In this document: one piece after another, positions 18,999 to 28,669 of the stretch
How the letters are laid out: each line of letters starts with the position of its first letter
Position numbering within the stretch: position 1 is the stretch's first letter
Source of the DNA: an uncultured Candidatus Saccharimonas sp.
Lineage (GTDB): Bacteria > Patescibacteriota > Saccharimonadia > Saccharimonadales > AQU-01
Direction: 5' to 3'
Assembly: GCA_943358095.1 (NCBI GenBank)
Contig: CALRGT010000001.1
Coordinates: 450-64,449, forward strand
Length of the DNA: 64,000 nt
Notes under the pieces: model-generated
Seen by the model: the letters and a program-made list of their open reading frames with translations, nothing else
The model's database searches: none
Told to the model about the DNA's origin: nothing
Made by a program: the position numbers and the translations under genes

Positions 18999-19691
18999 AT
19001 GGCGCAAAAACTTATTATCGTTGAGGGAATAGGCGAAGTCCTCCTTATTAAAAACAAGGCTTCTCGGTCTATCAAGATATCGATTACGGGCGATAATGTC
19101 GTTCGGCTCAGTATGCCATCGTGGCTACCCTATCAAACAGGTGTGAAGTTTGTTGAGTCGCGCAAAGATTGGGTGGCTGAACATCGCAGACCAAATAGAC
19201 TGTATAGAGATGGTGATTTGTTCGGCAAGTCTCATCGCTTAAGGATATTTACTACTAGTGACGACATTATTAAAACTAGGATTTCTCATGTCGAAATAAA
19301 GATTACGATTCCCGCCGACACCACAACTGAATCAAGCGAAGTACAGTCAGCCATCAAAAAAGCTGCCCTACGCGCCATTAAACAGGAAGGCGAAAAATTA
19401 TTGCCACAAAGATTGGCTGAACTTTCCCAGAAACATAATTTTGAATACAAGTCAGTAGATTTCAAAAAGATGAAAGCAAGATGGGGTAGCTGCACAAATC
19501 AAAAAGATATTACACTTAACACTTTTCTTATGACCTTGCCTTGGAATCTTATTGATTACGTTCTTATTCACGAACTAGTCCACACAAAAGTTCTGCATCA
19601 CGGAGTTCAGTTCTGGGAAGAATTCGACAGGTGCTTGCCGAATGCTAAACAGTATAGAAAAAATCTCAAAGTTTACAGCCCACACTTTTAA
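18999..19691 (+). CDS. M48/YgjP (DUF45) metal-dependent hydrolase
   Basis: MKARWGSC, IDYVLIHELVH, HGVQFW. Confidence 0.9.
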   Translation: MAQKLIIVEGIGEVLLIKNKASRSIKISITGDNVVRLSMPSWLPYQTGVKFVESRKDWVAEHRRPNRLYRDGDLFGKSHRLRIFTTSDDIIKTRISHVEIKITIPADTTTESSEVQSAIKKAALRAIKQEGEKLLPQRLAELSQKHNFEYKSVDFKKMKARWGSCTNQKDITLNTFLMTLPWNLIDYVLIHELVHTKVLHHGVQFWEEFDRCLPNAKQYRKNLKVYSPHF

Positions 19692-19697
19692 ACTAAT

Positions 19698-21203
19698 CTA
19701 TTTAACGTGTGAGTTAACAGGTTTTATATAGGGAGTTACGTGCATAACTGGTAAGCAGATATTGCGACCTTTCCAATCTACTTCAGAGAATTCATAACGA
19801 ATCATTGAATATATTCCGAGCCCTATTTCTGTAATGACCATGATTGGAAAGTTGAACATGGATATAAGTTTGTAGTCAGGGTTTGTGGCTTTAAGGATTA
19901 AGTGATGAGTGTATATTAAAAGACCCATGGTTGAAGTCGTTGATATTAAAAGAATAGGCGACAATGTCAGCAGAGCTAATAGGAACAAAACAACCGGTGC
20001 TAACAAGAACAATATTTCAGCCATACTTAGCAGCATAACGAGCTCGATCTTTTTGTGAACTTCTGGATATCTAACACGCATAGCCCGGTCAAATTGATCA
20101 TTAAAATCTTTAACAGACGACACTTCTACGCTGCCATTACTGCGCAGAAAACTATAAGAATCAGTTAAAATCTCTTTACGAGCAAAGTAAGCTTCTGGCA
20201 GTACCGCTCTACTGACAGCCTCAAAATCTCCTGCTTTAGCAAGAGCTTTGCGAGTTATCATCCAACAACTGCTAGATATGGCAGGTCTATTAGTAAATCT
20301 ACGCGGCAGGGCTAATTCCCACCAGTTACGCATTGGTTGAATAGCAGAAGCCAAGAAACCGTTAAACCTCTGCCGCGGTAGAATACAAATCATTGTCTTC
20401 TTGTTGTCTAGTGCGCTAGTAATTATCGTCCTGATAGTGCTGGTACTGATATGCGTATCGACACTCAAAAATACAATATATTGCCCAGTTGCGGCCTCGC
20501 TAAGCTGTTCATATGCTTGATTTTTTGCCAGCCAGTTATCCTGCGGTTCAGACCCATGAATAAATCTAACACCATCTCTTGCAAAACCTTTGATGATATC
20601 TGAAGTTTTATCTTGAGAACAATCGTCAAGAACAATTACTTCCAATTTTGGATAATCACTAGCAACTACAGCCGACAGGCATGCACTAAGGTCAACTGTT
20701 TCGTTGCGGGCAGGAATGGCTACAGTAACCGTTGGCAGGTCTTTATCCGCATAATGACCTCTTATCGGCTTAAATGATGTACTCTTAAGTGATTTTCTAG
20801 TTACGAAAAGTAGCGCCATTGCAAATATCAATTGCACCATAGATGCTATGTCGGTAGTTATATTATTGGACACTACGCCGCTAAAATACTTATCGCCGAC
20901 GAACCAAACCGCATAAAGTATAATTTGAGCTGCTATTAATGAAATACTGGTTCGTAGTACTACTCTACGAAGATAACTCTCGTGTAATCTTTGTTCAGTA
21001 ACCCTTATTAAGCTCGTAAGCCTAAATAGACTAGCAATAAAAAGTACTATCATTATTAAATTAAAATTATTGACGAGAATCATACCACTAGAAAAGGCGG
21101 TCAGAAATATTGATACTAATAGAATCCAGAATCTATATCTCCAAAAGAGAGAAGTGACCATCAATAATTCTAGTACCGCTCCAATAATAAATAGCTTAAG
21201 CAT
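19698..21203 (-). CDS. membrane glycosyltransferase family 2
   Basis: VAIPARNE, VLDDCSQD, WLAKNQA, WKGRN; N- and C-terminal TM helices; ATG at 21203 preferred. Confidence 0.85.
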   Translation of the reverse strand: MLKLFIIGAVLELLMVTSLFWRYRFWILLVSIFLTAFSSGMILVNNFNLIMIVLFIASLFRLTSLIRVTEQRLHESYLRRVVLRTSISLIAAQIILYAVWFVGDKYFSGVVSNNITTDIASMVQLIFAMALLFVTRKSLKSTSFKPIRGHYADKDLPTVTVAIPARNETVDLSACLSAVVASDYPKLEVIVLDDCSQDKTSDIIKGFARDGVRFIHGSEPQDNWLAKNQAYEQLSEAATGQYIVFLSVDTHISTSTIRTIITSALDNKKTMICILPRQRFNGFLASAIQPMRNWWELALPRRFTNRPAISSSCWMITRKALAKAGDFEAVSRAVLPEAYFARKEILTDSYSFLRSNGSVEVSSVKDFNDQFDRAMRVRYPEVHKKIELVMLLSMAEILFLLAPVVLFLLALLTLSPILLISTTSTMGLLIYTHHLILKATNPDYKLISMFNFPIMVITEIGLGIYSMIRYEFSEVDWKGRNICLPVMHVTPYIKPVNSHVK

Positions 21204-21234
21204 TTGATACTTACTATAACGGATTGACCCCAGC

Positions 21235-21305
21235 TTGACCAATCAAACAGAATAAGGTAGTATTGACTCTGAACAGAAGCCTACTACATATATAGTAGGT
21301 TTTTT
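21235..21305 (+). promoter_or_regulatory. secE-nusG promoter with terminator-like leader hairpin
   Basis: TTGACC-17nt-TAGTAT, then AGCCTACTA-CATATA-TAGTAGGTT-TTTT before the secE start. Confidence 0.6.
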
Positions 21306-21333
21306 AATTGAAATAGGGTATAAAGGGGTAAAA

Positions 21334-21738
21334 ATGGCAGACAAGCCGAAGAAGAAGCGAATCTTAAAGAACAAGACCGAAACTGTACGACAAAAAGCAC
21401 AGGCTGTTTCTGACGCGCCAGTTAAAAAGCGTCACATTAGACGAACCGCCACAAAAATCACCACACCTATTAAAGCAGCTCATCGCTTTGGTAAAAAAGA
21501 ATACTACTTGCCAATGCCAGACAATAAGTTTGGCCGATTCATGAACAAAAAGCGCTACATTATCCCTCGATATCTACGCGAGTCTTGGCACGAAGTTAAA
21601 CAAGTTACTTGGCCTGACCGTAAGGAAACTACCAAGCTAACACTAGCCGTTTTTACATTCGCTATTATTTTCGGAATTCTAGTGGCAGTAGTCGACTATG
21701 GATTAGACATAATATTCAGAAAAACAATTCTTAAGTAA
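21334..21738 (+). CDS. secE: preprotein translocase subunit SecE
   Basis: EVKQVTWPDRKE plus C-terminal TM; upstream of nusG. Confidence 0.95.
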   Translation: MADKPKKKRILKNKTETVRQKAQAVSDAPVKKRHIRRTATKITTPIKAAHRFGKKEYYLPMPDNKFGRFMNKKRYIIPRYLRESWHEVKQVTWPDRKETTKLTLAVFTFAIIFGILVAVVDYGLDIIFRKTILK

Positions 21739-21770
21739 ACATTAACCGGAAATTATAAGGAGACAAATCG

Positions 21771-22313
21771 ATGACAAAGAGATACGACACTACAAGATTA
21801 TGGTACGCAATTCATACCTATAGCGGCTATGAAGAAAAGGTAGCCGAAAGCATCAGACAGAGAGCTGAAAGTCTTGACATGAAAGATAAAATTTTTCAGG
21901 TTCTAGTACCAAAAGAAAAGATGATCGAAATCAAGAATGGTAAACGCAAAGTCGTTGAAAAGCGAATTTTCCAAGGTTACGTACTAGTCGAGATGAAATT
22001 AACAGAAGATGCTTGGTACATTGTACGCAATACTCCAAGCGTAACTGGATTCGTTGGTAGCGGTACAGAACCGACTCCTATTGATAACGACGAAATGGAA
22101 AAGATTCAGAAACGAATGGGCATCGAACAGCCTAAGTTCAAAATGGACTACAACATTGGTGACGTGGTTAACATCACTGACGGTCCATTTAAGGGCTTTG
22201 ACGGAGCTATTAACGAGATTGATCACGCTAAGGGCAAGCTAAAAGTCTTGGTTAACATGTTTGGCCGCGAAACTCCTGTAGAACTAGACAGTCTACAAGT
22301 TAAAAAGACTTAA
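21771..22313 (+). CDS. nusG: transcription factor NusG
   Basis: WYAIHTYSGYEEKV, VRNTPSVTGFVG, DGPF, MFGRETPVEL. Confidence 0.99.
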   Translation: MTKRYDTTRLWYAIHTYSGYEEKVAESIRQRAESLDMKDKIFQVLVPKEKMIEIKNGKRKVVEKRIFQGYVLVEMKLTEDAWYIVRNTPSVTGFVGSGTEPTPIDNDEMEKIQKRMGIEQPKFKMDYNIGDVVNITDGPFKGFDGAINEIDHAKGKLKVLVNMFGRETPVELDSLQVKKT

Positions 22314-22469
22314 GTGTTAGTTTTTACGACTCTTTAGAACTCTCAGCAATATTAAACGATAAGCATACCGCTAGACAACAGGGGTAGATTGTAGTACTAT
22401 ATAATCTAAGTTACGCACGAATAGCACGAGGAGCTTCAAACCTCTGCTCAAAGAAAGAGAATATAGATC

Positions 22470-22898
22470 ATGGCAAAGAAAATTACAGCTAGTTTAAAGT
22501 TAAAAATCCCTGCAGGCAAAGCAACTGCTGCACCTCCAGTAGGTAGCACACTTGGTCAGTACGGTGTTAACATGATGGATTTTATTAATCCTTTCAACGA
22601 ACAAACTCGTGACTTGGGTAACGTAACAGTTACTGCTCATATTTCAGTTTACGAAGATCGTACTATGTCATTTAGAATCGTCACTCAGCCAACTGATGAC
22701 ATGATTCGAGCAAAGCTAGGTATCGAGAAGGGTTCTGGAAAGCCAAACAGCGAAAAGATCGCTAAACAACTTACACAGACACAGCTACGAGAAATTGCTG
22801 AAGCTAAAGCTTTAGACATGAATACAGACGACATTGATGCAGTAGCTAAAATGGTAGCGGGAACTGCACGGAGTATGGGCGTCGTAGTAGAAGCCTAG
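22470..22898 (+). CDS. rplK: 50S ribosomal protein L11
   Basis: AGKATAAPPVG, GVNMMDF, AGTARSMG. Confidence 0.99.
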   Translation: MAKKITASLKLKIPAGKATAAPPVGSTLGQYGVNMMDFINPFNEQTRDLGNVTVTAHISVYEDRTMSFRIVTQPTDDMIRAKLGIEKGSGKPNSEKIAKQLTQTQLREIAEAKALDMNTDDIDAVAKMVAGTARSMGVVVEA

Positions 22899-22900
22899 GT

Positions 22901-23107
22901 ATGGGCGAAGATTCAAGATTTGAGGGTTATCAAATCACGAATCCTAATTTAGACATTGAGAAGAAAAGATTAGATCCTTTTGATAGAAAGCCAGAGGACG
23001 TTGATTTTCGTTTGCCTGGAAATTACTACTTAGTCATCCAACCCGTCGACACAGAAGAATTAGACAATTCTGATGAAAGCCAAGACCCTACTAATAACGA
23101 AGCTTAA
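22901..23107 (+). CDS. small acidic hypothetical protein between rplK and rplA
   Basis: 68-aa ORF starting 2 nt after the rplK stop. Confidence 0.55.
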   Translation: MGEDSRFEGYQITNPNLDIEKKRLDPFDRKPEDVDFRLPGNYYLVIQPVDTEELDNSDESQDPTNNEA

Positions 23108-23121
23108 TTACACTTCAGCAG

Positions 23122-23201
23122 TTGATTTCGCCCCTGTAATGTGTTATATTTAGTTATCAAATTAATTTTGTGGGAGGCCTAAGTAAGCCGTTAACACCAC
23201 G
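23122..23201 (+). promoter_or_regulatory. rplA promoter and putative uL1-binding leader
   Basis: TTGATT-17nt-TATATT; GTGGGAGGC...GCCGTTAACACCAC resembles the L1 autoregulatory site pattern GGGAG...GTTAnnACC. Confidence 0.65.
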
Positions 23202-23212
23202 AAGGAGTCATT

Positions 23213-24151
23213 ATGGCAGAAGCCAAAAAAGTTGCTAAAGCAACAACTACTAAAACTAAAAAAGCAGTTGCAGAGGAAGTAGTAGCAGTTACAGCAGAAG
23301 CTGTAGTAGCACCTATTGTAGAAGAAAAAGTAGCTAAGGCTGGCAAGCGCAGTCTTAAGGCCGTAAAAGAAGCCGAAGCTGTAGTAGCCAAAGAAGAACG
23401 CAAGCTAAAAGCTGAAGTTAATGCTGAAGCTCCTGCTCATCACCAGAAACCTACTCGTTCAATCCTAGAACGCAGAGGCAAGAATTATCGCAAAGCAAAC
23501 GAACTAGTCGAAAAGAAGAAAGTTTACGAACTTAAAGAAGCTCTTGATCTAGCTATTAAAACTAGCCTAGTAAAATTTGATGCAAGCGTAGAAATGCACA
23601 TCAATTTGGCTGTTGATCCTCGCCAAGCTGACCAAAACATTCGTGGCAGCATCGCACTACCAGCCGGTACAGGCAAAACTGTACGTATCGTTGTATTGGC
23701 AGATGCTAAGGACGCTGACGCAGCTATTAAAGCTGGTGCCGATAAAGCAGGTAGCGACGATATCTTTGCCGCACTTGATAAAGGTATAATTGATTTCGAT
23801 ATTCTAATTTGTACACCAGCTATGATGCCAAAACTTGGTAAGTATGCACGTGTACTAGGTCCAAAAGGCTTAATGCCTAACCCTAAGAGCGGTACTGTTA
23901 CACCAGATGTAGCAAAAGCTGTTAGTGAAGCAAAAGCCGGTAAAGTTGAGTTCCGTGTTGATAGTACAGGAATAGTTCACTTGGCAGTTGGTAAAGTAAG
24001 CTTTGGCGTTGAAAAGCTAGAACAAAATGCATCAGCAGTACTAGCTACTATTCGTTCTGCAAAACCACTTTCTCTAAAAGGCGGCACCTTCATAAAATCT
24101 GTACACTTGACCACAACTATGGGTCCAAGTATCAAGATTTCTTTTAACTAA
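23213..24151 (+). CDS. rplA: 50S ribosomal protein L1 with Ala/Lys/Glu-rich N-terminal extension
   Basis: KFDASVE, LPAGTGK, LGPKGLMPNPKSGTVT, TTTMGP. Confidence 0.99.
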   Translation: MAEAKKVAKATTTKTKKAVAEEVVAVTAEAVVAPIVEEKVAKAGKRSLKAVKEAEAVVAKEERKLKAEVNAEAPAHHQKPTRSILERRGKNYRKANELVEKKKVYELKEALDLAIKTSLVKFDASVEMHINLAVDPRQADQNIRGSIALPAGTGKTVRIVVLADAKDADAAIKAGADKAGSDDIFAALDKGIIDFDILICTPAMMPKLGKYARVLGPKGLMPNPKSGTVTPDVAKAVSEAKAGKVEFRVDSTGIVHLAVGKVSFGVEKLEQNASAVLATIRSAKPLSLKGGTFIKSVHLTTTMGPSIKISFN

Positions 24152-24207
24152 GACGAAGTATCTACAATTAGTTTCCGTACTGACGGTCTAACTGATAATA
24201 TATTCCT

Positions 24208-24975
24208 ATGATTATAATCGGAATGACCGGTCCTATAAGCCACGGGAAGACAACTTTTGCCGATGCAATCGAAAAGATCGAACCATCTACAATTCACTTT
24301 GAATCGAGCCTAATTATTGCTGAAGTGATAAACGCGCTTCACGCCTCTACCGACAAAATACCATCACCCTATAATGTAGATAGTATCAACGAGTGGCTTA
24401 AACCGCTACCGTCTATTCTGCTTGAAGTACTTGGTGTGAAGAGTGATATCGAACAAATACGCATCAGCCAATCCGATGCCGATAAACATCCAATTGAGTA
24501 CGACAAACTCATACTGCATATTGAAGGCCTGCAAAGAGACCCTAGCCTAATAAGCAAGACTATAGATTCTGAAAACAAAGAATCATTCCGCGCAATTCTA
24601 CAGTGGGTTGGTGGCTATCTAGTTAAAAAAGTTAGTTCTGACATTTGGTACGACGAAATAATTAAAAGAGCCCGCAAAGCCGAACAGGATGGGTTTAATA
24701 TATGTATCATTGGGGGATTACGATTTCCTAGTGACGCGAAAATCGTACATCAAGCCGGTGGAATTATCATCAAGGTATACCGCCCTGATCATTTGCAGTA
24801 CGACATACTTGACCCAACCGAACGTGAACGCGACAACATCGCCTGCGACTCAACAATTATGAGCAACGGAACAATTGAAGACATGAATTTATGTGCCGTC
24901 CAAGTGCTGGAAGATATTAAGAATAAAAAGTTAGAAAAGATTTATCAAACAATTCGCTACCGAGTGAATCAATAA
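24208..24975 (+). CDS. deoxynucleoside monophosphate kinase-like P-loop protein
   Basis: IIGMTGPISHGKTT; R.ILQWVG...DIW; GLRFPSD resembles the DxRFxNE motif of T4-like dNMP kinases. Confidence 0.6.
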   Translation: MIIIGMTGPISHGKTTFADAIEKIEPSTIHFESSLIIAEVINALHASTDKIPSPYNVDSINEWLKPLPSILLEVLGVKSDIEQIRISQSDADKHPIEYDKLILHIEGLQRDPSLISKTIDSENKESFRAILQWVGGYLVKKVSSDIWYDEIIKRARKAEQDGFNICIIGGLRFPSDAKIVHQAGGIIIKVYRPDHLQYDILDPTERERDNIACDSTIMSNGTIEDMNLCAVQVLEDIKNKKLEKIYQTIRYRVNQ

Positions 24976-25010
24976 TATATTAAACCTAAGAGCTTAGCAT
25001 CAGGAGTGTC

Positions 25011-25547
25011 ATGGTATCTATAATCGCAGCATATACAAATAATCGAGTTCTCGGAATGGATGGTGACCTGCCTTGGGATTTACCGATTGACCGCGACAGA
25101 TTTACTAAAATAACAGATGGTTCGACCGTTATAATGGGCCGCAAAACTTACGAATCGATAGCAAAAAACTCGTCCAAGCCGCTGAGCAACAGAAGAAATA
25201 TTGTTATTTCACGGACGCTTACAAAAGTTATAGACGGATTTGAACTGACCGATACATTGGATAAAGCGCTCCAAATGTCTAACTCACATAATAGCGAAGA
25301 GGAAGTATTTGTTATTGGTGGCGGTAATCTTTTCGACTATGCTCTTCGAAATAATTTAGTAGACGAAATGTATTTAACAGAAATTGACGCTGACATAAAA
25401 GGCGACGCATACTTTCCGGAATTTGATAAGACAAAATGGATCGAAGTATCTCGAAAGTCTGTTCCTAAAAATTCACAAAATATATATGACGTATCGTTTG
25501 TAGTGTTGATGAAAATAACTAGCGCAAGCACTAAGATAGATTTATAA
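25011..25547 (+). CDS. folA: dihydrofolate reductase
   Basis: LPWDLP.D, VIMGRKTYESI, RRNIVIS, FVIGGG, GDAYFP. Confidence 0.96.
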   Translation: MVSIIAAYTNNRVLGMDGDLPWDLPIDRDRFTKITDGSTVIMGRKTYESIAKNSSKPLSNRRNIVISRTLTKVIDGFELTDTLDKALQMSNSHNSEEEVFVIGGGNLFDYALRNNLVDEMYLTEIDADIKGDAYFPEFDKTKWIEVSRKSVPKNSQNIYDVSFVVLMKITSASTKIDL

Positions 25548-25640
25548 CTCGAATCTATTTATATCTCTCAAGCCTACATATTTGTAAATAAAAGGTTGTA
25601 ATATTGCACTGAGCTACTTGCGCATATGTCAAATTGTTTC

Positions 25641-25656
25641 GTACAATATATTGTAC
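25641..25656. promoter_or_regulatory. perfect 16-bp palindrome overlapping the putative -10 of dcd (NrdR-box-like)
   Basis: GTACAATATATTGTAC; TTGCGC-18nt-TACAAT. Confidence 0.5.
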
Positions 25657-25684
25657 TTAACGACGATAAATTCTGGAGGCTAAC

Positions 25685-26398
25685 TTGGGCGTTTACAGCA
25701 ATATTCAGATCAACAAAGCAATTGAAGACAAACACATTGTTTGCGTACCGTTTAACCCAAAGCATGTCAGCCATGCCAGTCTTGATGTGACATTGGGGCA
25801 TTATTATTATCGTATCGAGAAGATGAATGAGAGGACTATCTATAATCCTTTTGACGCAGAAGATGTTGAAAGATATTTTGAAGGACCTTTTAAGGCGATG
25901 CCACACGAACAGTGGTGCAAACTGAACGGATTCGCGCCTTTAGTAGGTATACCGCCAGAACATCCCGTAATTGCCATTAAGCCAGGTGAAAGAATTTTGG
26001 CTCACACTCACGAATTTTTTGGTATTAAGCCGCCTGGCGCTTATGACCTAAGAGCGCGGTCATCTTGGGCACGTAACGGTGTGGCTGTATGCTTTGACGC
26101 CGGCTGGGTAGATCCTGGCTACATTAATAGATTAACTCTGGAGATATACAATCTTAATAGTCGAGAAACAGTCGTTTTGCCAGTGGGCGAAAGAATTGCA
26201 CAAGCTGTATTCCACGAAACTGGTGATGTTGAGGGCAACTATGGCGAAGGCAGAGACAGCAGCTTTAGCGGGAAATACCAAAATGGTACCGATATCGATA
26301 CTATTATTAAAACTTGGTCTCCAGACATGATGCTACCGAAAGCCTATTTAGACAAAAGAACAATGCCTGTCAAAATTGAAGGTTCGATTTATGAATGA
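25685..26398 (+). CDS. dcd: dCTP deaminase
   Basis: ASLDVTLG, ARSSWARNG, AGWVDPGY..RLTLE; GGAGG SD before TTG start. Confidence 0.9.
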   Translation: MGVYSNIQINKAIEDKHIVCVPFNPKHVSHASLDVTLGHYYYRIEKMNERTIYNPFDAEDVERYFEGPFKAMPHEQWCKLNGFAPLVGIPPEHPVIAIKPGERILAHTHEFFGIKPPGAYDLRARSSWARNGVAVCFDAGWVDPGYINRLTLEIYNLNSRETVVLPVGERIAQAVFHETGDVEGNYGEGRDSSFSGKYQNGTDIDTIIKTWSPDMMLPKAYLDKRTMPVKIEGSIYE

Positions 26399-26407
26399 TA
26401 GCAAATC

Positions 26408-28660
26408 ATGAAAAGAGGCAAGTACATAGTTCTAGAAGGAGCTGAAGGCGTAGGCAAGACAACTCAGCTTAAAATCTTGGCCAAGTATTTACAGTCAACA
26501 GGAATAGCAGTACGGTTACTACGCGAACCTGATAGTCAGAGCGACTTAACGGCAAGAACTATTCGACACCTTACTCAAAGTCCTCAATATCCTATGAATA
26601 CACGAACCGAGGTGTTGCTATATAACGCAGCCAGGGCTCAGTCCTTGCAGGTTATTAAAGAAAGCATCGAACAAGGCGTTACTTGTCTAGTAGATAGAAG
26701 CTATCTAACTACTCTAGCTGTTCAGTATTACGGGCGAGGCGACGTGCCAGAATATGACACCATTAATAATATAATCTCTTTTGCTGTTGGAGACATGGAA
26801 CCAGATCTCACTGTAATCCTGGATGCGCCGGTAGATTATTTAATTAAAAGAGCAAAATCACGCGGCCAGGGCGAAAGATTCGATAATTTAGACGAAAATT
26901 TTCTTGATAAAGTACGAGCAGGTTACTTATTAGAAGCAAAGAACCGTAATCTGCCTGTAGTTTCAGCAATTGGCGAACCGCTAGAAGTCTTTAAGCAAGT
27001 ATGGGAGCACGTCGCAAAATCTCTAGCTACAAGAACCAAATCAACAACAGCGTCAGTACCGAGTGAGCCTGTTGATAATACTGAGCTAGTTCACAAAGAC
27101 GCTAATGGCCAATATACGATTACAAGTAGTGGAAAATCTGAATTAGCTAAATATGTCACAGATTCTGAAGGTGAAGTCTACGCTTTTACGCAAGAACTTA
27201 GCCCATTAACTATCGCCGCTGCAATGGCGCGTCTTAGCCGTCGCGTTGACGATATGCGGATTACGCTATTGGACGAATTTTCTGGTCAAGCCGGCAAAGA
27301 CGAAAAACTCTTGCAGAGAGTAATTACAGCCTATGGCGATGACTCCGTTCAGCAATTAGTAGGAATGCACCTTGTAGTCGAGGGAGCATCTAACTTGCTT
27401 ACAAAAAAACTAGAGTGGGGCAGACTAGCCGCTTATCTAGAACAATCTACGAGATATATTTACTTTGACCAAAAAGATGCTGAGGGAAATTACAGGTACT
27501 TTACGCCAAAAGATTTAGACTCAGAAACTAAGGCTAAATATACTGAGGCAATGGACCAAATTTTTGATAGATATTCTATGATGGTTCGTGAACTTAGTGA
27601 CTATATTAGACGCAATTCGAAAGTACCAAAAGCCGAACAAGATACAGCATGGCTAGGCGCAACTAGAGCACAAGCTTGTGATGCAATTCGAGGCGTATTA
27701 CCCGTAGCGACCAAATCTACTGTTGGAATCTTTGCATCCGGCCAGGCACTAGAAAGCTTAATAATGCATTTGCTAAGCGATGAACTACCTGAAGCACGCG
27801 ATACAGGACAAAAAATTCTTGATGAATCGCGAAAAGTTATGCCGGCATTTCTGGAAAGGGCCGACAAACCTGAGCGTGGAGGCGCAATGATTGCCTATCG
27901 CTCAAATACCTATAAGGCTATGGAAAGTATCGCAAAAAAGAATCTGCAGGACTCCTATGGCCAATATGAAGAACCGGTGAGACTGGCAAATGTCTGGCCT
28001 CGCAATGAACTCGATCTTTTACCAGACATGCTATACGAGCACAGCAGCTTATCTTTAGAAGAAATTCGACGAGTCGTAGATGGTTGGTCATATGATAAAC
28101 GAGAGAAAGTATTCAAATCATATATTGGCGAAAGACTTAACAGACGACACAAGCCTGGACGCGCCATAGAAAAAGCCCATTATAGCTGGGACTTAGTATG
28201 CGATTATGGAATTTTCCGTGACCTGCAAAGACACCGCATGGTGGACGATTTGCAGTGGCAGGCCCTTACGCCTCGTTACGGCTATGATGTGCCAGAACTT
28301 GTAGAAGAAGCTGGGCTAAGCGATCAATACGAAGAGTGTTTTGATATTAGCGTCAGGCTTCACAGCGAGATGCAATCAGCAAAATTTGAATTAGAATCAC
28401 AATATGCCACACTGTTTGGGCATCGAATGCGTTGGAAAATTACCTATAATGCCAGACAAGCATTCCACTTTCATGAGCTTCGAACAACACCTCAAGGACA
28501 TCCAGGTTACCGCAAACTCGTTAAGCAAATGCATGATAAATTATGCGAAGTTCACCCATTAATTGGTGAGGCTATGAAGTTTGTTAACACTGACGAGGAC
28601 CCAGAACTTACGCGTCTAGCGGCAGAAAGATACACTCAGTTCAAACTGTCTCAGATGTAA
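26408..28660 (+). CDS. thyX: thymidylate kinase / FAD-dependent thymidylate synthase fusion (Tmk + tandem ThyX domains)
   Basis: N-terminal LEGAEGVGKTTQ, REP, DRS (Tmk); YGDDSV, EQSTRY, DLQRHR, ELRT (ThyX). Confidence 0.9.
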   Translation: MKRGKYIVLEGAEGVGKTTQLKILAKYLQSTGIAVRLLREPDSQSDLTARTIRHLTQSPQYPMNTRTEVLLYNAARAQSLQVIKESIEQGVTCLVDRSYLTTLAVQYYGRGDVPEYDTINNIISFAVGDMEPDLTVILDAPVDYLIKRAKSRGQGERFDNLDENFLDKVRAGYLLEAKNRNLPVVSAIGEPLEVFKQVWEHVAKSLATRTKSTTASVPSEPVDNTELVHKDANGQYTITSSGKSELAKYVTDSEGEVYAFTQELSPLTIAAAMARLSRRVDDMRITLLDEFSGQAGKDEKLLQRVITAYGDDSVQQLVGMHLVVEGASNLLTKKLEWGRLAAYLEQSTRYIYFDQKDAEGNYRYFTPKDLDSETKAKYTEAMDQIFDRYSMMVRELSDYIRRNSKVPKAEQDTAWLGATRAQACDAIRGVLPVATKSTVGIFASGQALESLIMHLLSDELPEARDTGQKILDESRKVMPAFLERADKPERGGAMIAYRSNTYKAMESIAKKNLQDSYGQYEEPVRLANVWPRNELDLLPDMLYEHSSLSLEEIRRVVDGWSYDKREKVFKSYIGERLNRRHKPGRAIEKAHYSWDLVCDYGIFRDLQRHRMVDDLQWQALTPRYGYDVPELVEEAGLSDQYEECFDISVRLHSEMQSAKFELESQYATLFGHRMRWKITYNARQAFHFHELRTTPQGHPGYRKLVKQMHDKLCEVHPLIGEAMKFVNTDEDPELTRLAAERYTQFKLSQM

Positions 28661-28669
28661 ATCTGCGCC

